The notes under the pieces are model-generated. The model saw only the letters and a list, made by a program, of their open reading frames with translations. It had not been told where the DNA came from and did not search any database. A stretch of 64,000 bases of DNA from the human T2T-CHM13v2.0 reference genome, Homo sapiens: assembly GCF_009914755.1 (NCBI RefSeq), contig NC_060946.1, one strand, 5' to 3'. Positions within the stretch are counted from its first letter, which is position 1; every line of letters starts with the position of its first letter. The position numbers and the translations under genes are program-made. Shown here in pieces: positions 53,981 through 64,000 of the stretch.

Positions 53981-55959
53981 CTGCAATGTACAAGGCCCCA
54001 GGGTTCCTGGCCTGCCTTGGACATGCCCCACTGAACCATGTGCTGTATCACCTGTCACGGGGCCCCTGGTGCTCAGGCCCTCTCACTGCTCCCGGTCACA
54101 GGAGGGAGGGCTGTGCCCTGAGCTCCCCCTGCACTGTGCTGGGCACCAACTGCATGCATTTCATGTTCTGCCTTGAGAACACAAGGGCAGCCCTCCCTGT
54201 ACAGGGCGCCTACTCCTGCTTTATGGCAGAGACAACAGGCTCGGAGGTTAAGGAACTCTCCAAGGTCACAGTGCTTATTCTGCGCCTGGAAAATGTGACT
54301 TCTATGGCTTCTCCTGCCTGGGTCCTGTGGCACCCACCTGCTCCCGGAGCCAGAGCCCCACTCCACCAGAACACGGAGGTGCTTACAAGCTCACTGCAGA
54401 GCTGCCCTCCCCTAAACCTGGACAATTCTGTCCACTTCCTGTCTCCCACCTCCTCCCTCTCTGCAAGGCCTGTCACGATCCCCAGGGGAGGCTCCCAGTC
54501 CCCAGGATTCCTCTCTCCCACCCAGAGGAAGTTTCCTGGCAGAGGGGCGCAGCGGAGGCTGAGGCGTTTTGACTATGGCGGGTGCCAGTCAGAGGGGCAG
54601 AAAGGAGGCTGGGGCTCCCTGCATGCTCACCAGCATGGACAGGTGACACACACCTTCCCAAAGTAGCTCGGAGAGAATCTCACATGGGAAGAAACTGGCC
54701 TCTGGGGGCTAAGGAGCCTGCCGAGGGCCCATGGCTCTTGGCACGAGGCCAGCTCTGCACCCGGTGTGGCAGGCTGTGGGTGGCGTGTGCCACTACCACC
54801 CCGAGTCTGCCGGGCGCCATGACGCGTGGTGTGGGCTCCTCTGTGGCGGCTCTGGTCAGGCCCTTTTGACACACTCCTGGGGGCTCAGTCACAGGGCCAC
54901 CCTGACCACTCTCCTGTTCAGAAGGTAACACCAGAGCCCTCTTCACTGTCACAAACTTGTATTGGTGATTGGGTCTGGCTCACTGGCTAGCATAGGGCTG
55001 CCAGGAGCCAGTGTCCCATCAATGCGAGAGGGCAGAGGACACGGGGGAGCAGAGCCCACACTCCACAGTGGGCTGAGGGCTATTTCAGGACCCTGGCAGG
55101 TGCCCTGGACCCCTGAGAGGAGCAAGCCCAGAGCTCTGCTCTCCTGCCAAGATCGCCATGGTCACCAGGACCCCAGCCTGGGAAGAGACACTCCCTGAGA
55201 GTCCACCTATATGACCACTGCTGGAGCAGAGCCTGGACACAGTGGCTGTGACATCCCACAGGTCTCCAGAGCCTGTCAGCCAGGGGTAGTGCCCCAGGGA
55301 ACAGGCAGTGCCCAGCGGTGCGAGTGCCACCTGGGGAGAAGGCTCCGGCAGTGAGGCTGGCCCCCAACATGTGAGACATCTCACAGCTCCAGGCCTGGGG
55401 ACTTGTGAGGCCACCACTCCTGTGAGGAGTGTGCACTGGTGACTACACTTTTGCTTTGATAAACTCCCTGGGCTGCCCATTTTTGCGTGGAAACTTCCTG
55501 GTCACCCTTTGGGGAGCCCTGTGCCTGGGACAGGCATTTCTGTTCTCTCCCAGGGAAGCAGCTCCTGTGAGATCTCATTTCCCTGTCACCTGATTTCAGG
55601 ACAGCCTAGGCTGGCTGTGTGGACTCAGGGGACTGCTAATATGATTTCTATGAGTCACCTGGCATCTGGGCCAATCTTCAGCCTTGTGGGCGTTAGTCGG
55701 TGTGTGCACACCCCACAGTGCACGAGGGCACATCTGGGCCTTCACAGGGAAGGCCAGGTCCTGAATGGAGGCCTCAGGAGGGGATGCCCGCTGTGGACCT
55801 GCCTGGCTGGCCACACACTGGGTCACCAGTTTCCAGATACCAGCCCATGGAGGGGTGCTGGGCTGGGCACACAGGGCTGGCGGGGCAGCTTTGTGAGTAG
55901 ACTCGAAGCCTGAGTACTGGAGACGGAGCCGGCTCTGGGGCCTGGGCAGGCGCACCCAC

Positions 55960-56133
55960 CGATGCCATGCTTCTCCATGAGCGTGATGAGCTCGGCCTCC
56001 GTCAGGTAGTCGGGTGGGTTCGTCTGCTTCTCCAGCATCTTCACCTCGCCCACAGGGAAGGCATCACCCCGCTGGCAAGTGGGCAGGCTCTCCTCCAGGG
56101 GCACGCTCTGCCAGGGCATGACCTCCGTGAAGC
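55960..56133 (-). CDS. TOP3B: TOP3B exon (174 nt) FTEVMPW...LTEAELITLMEKHGI
   Basis: TEAELI..M...GIGT motif; GT-AG. Confidence 0.97.
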
Positions 56134-56277
56134 CTGGAGAGATATGCGCCGCCACTCAGGGTCCCCAGCCTGGGTGGCCGGGGCCTCAGACCCTGGGCCT
56201 CCCATCCCCAGACACGATGTAGAATGTTTGTCTGCCCATGAAGGCACAGAGGAGGAAGGCTGGGCCCGTGGTGTGAC

Positions 56278-56424
56278 CTGGTGAGAGGACGGTCTTCCCG
56301 GAGCAGGTGAAGAGCTCGGGCCCAATTCTGAAGGAGATGGTGCTCTGCAGGTACTTGCAGTCATGGCTGACCGTGGCGATGAAGTGTCTGGTGATGTACT
56401 CATAGAGCCGCCACGCGTCACCCC
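56278..56424 (-). CDS. TOP3B: TOP3B exon (147 nt) GDAWRLYEYITRHFIA...VLSP
   Basis: LYEYITRHF motif; donor G|GTCACA; not listed in the ORF track but phase-consistent. Confidence 0.95.
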
Positions 56425-56443
56425 CTGCAACAGGCCAGGGCTA

Positions 56444-56923
<480 letters not shown>

Positions 56924-57454
56924 TCAGTGGTTTCTTTCTGGCTGCGGCTCCCACCATCCTGCACAACCTCCTGTCCCTGCTTCTGGCGGGACTGCTCTTC
57001 AGGCATTGGCCTGTCTTTCCATTGTCTCGTGACATGACACCATTGCTTCAAACTCAGACTGTCCACAGGTGGCTCCTGTCTCTACCTGCACTGCTCTCCC
57101 TTCCTCATTTGCCTTCTCCTGGCACTCGGACCACTGGTACCACCTTAGGCCAGCTGGGAGGTAGGAGGTGTGCTGCCCCCTCCCCCACACTGCCACTCTC
57201 TACCCTGGTTTCATTCATGTCCCCTGTGGCGTCTGCCCCCTTGCCTCCCTGCAACAGCACCTGCTGCTACCTCTTCACTCCTGTCCTGGTCCCATAGCAA
57301 TGGAGCTCATCTTCCAGGTGGCCCCCCATCCCCACAGCCAGGGCAGGCAGAGGCTGAAGGAGCCCCCACATTGCCAACAGGGCCTGCAACCTTCACTGTC
57401 GCAGCTCGCCCTTCCCTCCCTGGAAGCACACCGGGTATGGGATGAGAGCGGTAC

Positions 57455-57560
57455 CTAATTCGGCCTCTGTGGCAGACTTCATGGGGGTGATGGGGGGATG
57501 GTCGCCGGCGTCATGGCCTTTCCGCGGGCGGTTGATACCTTCTGCTAACAACCGCTTCAC
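57455..57560 (-). CDS. TOP3B: TOP3B exon (106 nt) VKRLL...DHPPITP...AEL
   Basis: HPPITP motif; GT-AG. Confidence 0.97.
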
Positions 57561-57692
57561 CTGAGGGAGAGAAGACAGAGCAGAGTCTGTGGCTGGGCTC
57601 GGCTGCCTGCCTGGGTTTGGCTGACGTACCAGACCTGGTCCCAAGGCCTCAGTGACACACACACATGCTGAGGCCGGCCCGGCTCCACTCAC

Positions 57693-57847
57693 CGTGTTGG
57701 CCCAGTAGGGGTGGTTGGCCTGCTGCCGCAGAGAGCCCTTCAGGTCAAAGTTCTCAGGGTAGTGGGTGGTCTCTGTCCGTGGGTAGCTGATGTAGCCTTG
57801 CGTGTAGAGCCGCTCAGCCGTCTGCATGGCATGCTGCGGCCCCATGC
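57693..57847 (-). CDS. TOP3B: TOP3B exon (155 nt) with catalytic Tyr (GYISYPRT; TAC at 57783-57785)
   Basis: Type IA active-site motif; canonical splice sites. Confidence 0.98.
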
Positions 57848-58816
57848 CTGCGAGAGACAGGAGGTTCTCAGAGGGCCAGGTACGTGGGGATGGCCAGCTG
57901 CCTGCCCTGGCCTATGCACTCAGGCTCCCCCATTGTGGCCGGCCCCTCCTGGAGGGTGACGGTGGCTCTGAGCAGGCACAGCTGGAGTGCAAAGCTGCTG
58001 GCCGGGTGGGCACCTATGCCACACAGTCTTGTATGAGGCTGAATCCCGCACCCGTAAGGCTGAATCCTACACCCAGGATGGGCCTGATGGGAAACGCCAC
58101 TCACGCTACCCCACGGTGCATCCTCATGGGGCTCATGGCCATGGGGATGACACATGGCCTTCAGAGCACCACTCCCCATGCATTGTCCATGGAGCCATAA
58201 CCATACCTCGGGGTTGGCTGACGACAGAGTTAGCACGCAGCCCCATTTTGAGCCCTTGGGTGTTTCTGTCCTCACAGCACTTTGGGGCCACTCAGGGGGG
58301 CTCGTCCTGCTACTCCCTGACCAGCAGAGGCAGGCGCTTAGCTAGCAACCACTCCCAGCATTGCTGCCCTCTGAGGACGCTGGAGCCACCACTCAGTGTC
58401 CACTGAGAGGACACTGCCCATAGTTCCCTGCGGGGGTGGGGGGCACCAATGCCTAGGGGCTGACAGCTGCCAGAGACCACCAGCTTTCCAGCCCAACCCC
58501 CTCCTCGTTACTAAGGAGAAAAGACTGAGGAGATGAGGCTGAGGGGCAACGTTCACACTGGTTCCCTGAAGGTGACATCTGGCTGGGGCCTCTCCCCTCA
58601 CCAGGGATAGCTGCTCAGGGACTCTAACATCAGGAGGTCCCCTCAGGTGGTGACCAACTTTACCACCTTTACAACCTAAGGATAAGTGAAATCCTCCTGA
58701 GGCTCAGATCCCCTTGAAGCCTTGGGCACCATCCTGCAACCCTGGGCACTCGCTGCTCCAGGCTGAACCTGCCTCAGGAAGCCTTCTGGTGACTTGAGAG
58801 AAATGTCCCTACATAC

Positions 58817-58907
58817 CCAGAGAAGAGCTGGCCACACGCAGCATCTCCACAGTGTTCAGGGCCAGGGGCCTCTGCTTGGCCTTTTCTTTCCTGCTTGTGG
58901 CCTCCAC
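58817..58907 (-). CDS. TOP3B: TOP3B exon (91 nt) VEATSR...ASSSL
   Basis: Canonical GT-AG; RPLALNTVEM motif. Confidence 0.96.
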
Positions 58908-59116
58908 CTGGAAGACAGGACAGTCAATGATTTGGGGAAGGAGGAAGACACCACCATAGAGGGAATCAAGATGTGTGGACGAAGGGTCTGGTTTCATTCA
59001 TCTGGTCTCCCTGTTTCTCCAATTCATTCTTCCCAACAGTCTAAAGACTTGATTGAATATTTATTCAGGACCAGGAAAGGAAAAAGAATGAAAATTCTTT
59101 TTTAAAAAAAAATTTT

Positions 59117-59810
<694 letters not shown>

Positions 59811-61131
59811 TTGAATATTCTTTTCTGGAGAATTTTCTAGGGAAAGAGAAAACCTGGAAGATTGAGGAGTCAGAAGGGCTGCAGATGGAAATCCTACAGA
59901 AGCCAGCATCAGCCAAGCTACAGGGATGGCAAGTGGGGCCCGTCCCAGGGGAAGTACCACTCCTTGTTGTGGGGAGGGCTGCTGCCTGCACCTGCTAGTA
60001 TTGCTACCTCTTCTGATTTTTCAAGAGAAGCTAGAAGGCAGAATTTTAGTATGAAATCTCGTAATTTTTAAGTGCTGGTAACTATTCTGGAATTTGTGTA
60101 AACACCATGCAGGTTAGTGGAGTGCATCTATGAGCTGTGCTTTGTTGGGGTCCTGCCACTCTCTACCTCTGCTGAACACTTGTCGGAAGAGACAACTCTT
60201 TGTTTTGCCTATGGCAAAAACAATCCAAACAACTCAACCCCAGGCCCTGGCCCTTGCCAATCCCACGTAGGCTGGTCAGGGCAGTGCCTTCTGCATTCCA
60301 GACAGACAGATGTGGGTGCTAACAGAGGCCAGTTGTTATGTGAAGCTGGGCTCCCCAGCGTGAGGCCTGGAGGTGGCAACAGTGTCTCTGCAGGAATGTG
60401 ATCAATGCTGACAGCCTGGAGCAGCTTTAGAAGTTTCAGATGCCTGAGACGATAGCATGGCGGGCAACAGGGCACTCAAGGAAGGCCAGAGAAGGACAAG
60501 GAGAAGGCGGCTAAGGAGGCCAGGCTGTGTCTCGACGGATCTGGTAGCTGTCATGCCTGTAGCATGTTTACTTCAATAGCCACAGATGTGTCCCCAACCC
60601 ATGCAGCCAGGTCACCTCACCGTTTTCCTAACAGCCAAGCAGCATGTCCTTTCAATTCATAGAAGCCCTGAGTAAGAAACATAATCCCATAAAAGCACGC
60701 AAGCTGATTGCAATTGGAATCTCAAGACTTTCCCCTGCTAGCTGTGACCTTGGGCAAGTTCATCAGTGTGCACCAAGGTCCCTCTACAGTTGTTAGTTTG
60801 AATCTCTGTGTGAAATGGAGTCCTGCCACACGGAGGTAATGCCTAGCGGGTCACGTGGAAAGGGGAGAGTGGAAGGGGTCCGACAAGGTCACAGGTGTGG
60901 ACAGTGCCTGGTATGGAGCGGGCATGCAGTACACTGTGACTATTGCACTGGGCAGAAATATCTTAGGAGTATATGAGGGAGTAACCATTCAGCTTTCCAA
61001 AAAGATGTCTGTGTTTCAGAAAGGGGGAGAAAGACGTGGACTAGGATCACAGGCTGTTCCTCCAGCGGGAGGCATCCAAGGGCCACCCTCACCCAAGGCA
61101 ACTGTGATAGATGTGGGTGGAGCAGGCACAC

Positions 61132-61245
61132 CTGGGCTTCCTTCTCCAGCTTTGTCATGTTTAAAAACATCTGTGCGATCTCCCGGTCAAACACTCTTAC
61201 TCGGTCCCAGTCCAAAAGGAGAGATCTGTCTTTGTCAGTGTTAAC
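61132..61245 (-). CDS. TOP3B: TOP3B exon (114 nt) VNTDKD...EKEAQ
   Basis: Canonical GT-AG; phase 0-0. Confidence 0.96.
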
Positions 61246-62147
61246 CTGCAGGAAAAAGGATAAAGGGTGAACGCACAAGAAAAAGTCTCCAGGTAAGCCC
61301 AACGCCAGGAAGAACCAGGACAGATGAAGCTGGTCCTTGTCTGGGAGCAAAATAGCCCTGGCTGTAATGGCTCACAGCTGTACCTGTTCAGGTGGGCAGA
61401 TACGCAAGCTGACATCTGGCCCTCTCCACCGCTTGCCCCAAAACCAGGCAGCCAGTCTCAGGAAGGTGGCCCAAAGCTGAGGCTGATGTGTCCCTAAGAA
61501 GCACCTGAGCCCCTACTTCTCACACCACCCCTGCCTATCCCCAGTGCCTGGCCAGTGGTAGGTATGGCCACCGCCAGGGTCCCAAGCCCCGTGTCAGCCA
61601 CAGCAGCTCCAAGACAGTGTCTCACTGTGTTGCTAGGCTGGAGTGCAGTGGCACGATCGTAGCTCACTGTAGCCTTGGACTCCTGGCCTCAAGCAATCCT
61701 CTTGCCTCAGCCTCCCAGGTTGTTGGGATTACAGACATCAGTCACTGTGCCTAGCTGTATTAAGTCTTACAGTGAGCTTCTGTGGAGGCTTTTATTTGAA
61801 GAAAGGGTTCTAGGAATTTTAAAAAGTTTGAAAGCCAATGGTCTCAGTCCAGTGCTTGGACCTGACCACTGAAGCCACTGATTCCTGTGGGGTGACCTCA
61901 CCCTGCACTGCCAGAGCTGAACTCATTCCCACTTATCCAGATTCAGCATATACAGGCCCAGTCTCTTCCCACTGCCCCCATGAAGGCTGGGGTCCCTCAG
62001 CCCTAGGCACCACAGACCACTTCCAGGTACAGCCGTCCACACTTCTGCCCTCAGCCCGGGGCCTGCCGGCTGATGATGATGGAAGACTCTCAGAATCCAT
62101 GCCCCAAACCCAGAAAGCCCCAGCATGAATAGAGAAAGGCAAGGAAC

Positions 62148-62304
62148 CTTGGCCTGCAGCACCCAGTAGGTCTCTGGTTTGAAGGACTGGATTTTATCAT
62201 GTCTCTCCACACAGAATCCCAGGGTTGGAGTCTGACACGGCCCAAAGGAGATGAGAGAGCTGTCTAAATCACCGTATTTCCCCTGGAAATATTTAGTCTG
62301 AAAC
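62148..62304 (-). CDS. TOP3B: TOP3B exon (157 nt) FQTKYF...[10 protein letters not shown]...LQAK
   Basis: GPCQTPTL motif; donor AAG|GTTCCT; phases fit. Confidence 0.95.
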
Positions 62305-62669
62305 CTGGAGGGAGTGGAAAGATATTTTGGTCACTGATTCACTCAAGACACTATTATGGCCACCCATGTGAGTCCAGCCCAAGGCCAGGGGTGGTGCATG
62401 AAGGAGGTGGCATCAGGTGGTGTCCCCACTTAGAAGCCAGTGGGAGCAGAGTGGGCATAGCCTTAGGGAGGATTCATGTGTGTACATGGGTGACAGAGCC
62501 AGTGAGAGAGGAGACAGAGGTTTCTACTGTCTCAGGCCAGGGAGCCTTCTATTCTATTCCATCTACTGCACACTCTCCTCAGGACCCCCAGAGCACAGAC
62601 AAACACACTTTATCAAGCAGGGCATATGTGATCTCTGTCAGCTAAATAAACAATTTTCTTTAGGTCTCT

Positions 62670-63596
<927 letters not shown>

Positions 63597-63742
63597 TTCT
63601 TCAGGGTTGGTGAAATCCCCTGTTGCTCATCCTGGCTCGAGGAGGCCTAGGGGCCCCGGAGGGGGACCAGTAGAGGCAGGTCTCTGGCTGAGGGAGAGTG
63701 AGGGTGAGGGTGTGCCCAGGACTCTGCGGGTGTGGCCAGCAC

Positions 63743-63939
63743 CTGGTGAATGCACAGCCGATTCGCAGGTCCAGCTCCTGGCGAGCATCCACTGAGAGCG
63801 CCTCGTTGTGGTCAGGCTCGCCTAGGCAGGCCATGGCATTACAGATGTCTGTGTCCGTGATGGAGCTAAACCTGGCCCGGAACACGGTCTTCTCGCCACC
63901 ATGGGCCTTGTTCATGACGGGCAGAACAGCATCAAGAAC
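63743..63939 (-). CDS. TOP3B: TOP3B exon (197 nt) VLDAVLP...IGCAFTR; first exon visible in the window
   Basis: cag|GTT acceptor, AG|GTGCTG donor; ARQELDLRIG type IA topoisomerase motif. Confidence 0.97.
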
Positions 63940-64000
63940 CTGGGGGTGGGGAGTGGCCAGCTGTGACCCACCTCCCAGATCCCTGCCACAGCTCCCCACC

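Noticed and set aside
58036-58075. Two-copy ~21-bp repeat aggctgaatcc...caccc in a TOP3B intron
   Set aside because: Only two imperfect copies; ordinary slippage duplication

Overview
Human (or near-human primate) genomic DNA that I recognise as the chr22q11.22 PPM1F-TOP3B locus. Both genes are on the minus strand, head-to-tail. PPM1F (PP2C-family Ser/Thr phosphatase, POPX2/CaMKP) is complete: a non-coding exon 1 in a CpG island at ~46.3-46.5 kb, 7 coding exons with GT-AG junctions that sum to 1365 nt (454 aa + stop), and a ~3.7 kb Alu-free 3' UTR ending at AATAAA 12976-12981. The last 13 exons of TOP3B (type IA topoisomerase III beta; 2205 coding nt, catalytic GYISYPRT Tyr, Cys-rich zinc-finger tail, RGG box) lie at 50.6-63.9 kb; its 5' exons are beyond the window. 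The rest is Alu-dense intergenic/intronic DNA with solo LTRs (MER4A-like, LTR8-like, MLT1-like) and old L1/MIR fragments. Nearly all ORFs in the supplied track are Alu or GC-rich shadow ORFs. I found no new gene system. The best leads are RNA-level and regulatory: a stop-free 630-nt PPM1F exon 4-7 circle bracketed by symmetric inverted Alus, an intragenic CpG-island promoter with a CTCF site convergent on the main-promoter CTCF site, frame predictions for TOP3B-PPM1F read-through chimeras, and two missense differences from the reference proteins as I recall them (PPM1F R132C, TOP3B D365N). Repeat subfamily names, repeat boundaries and absolute exon/residue numbers come from recall and visual inspection.
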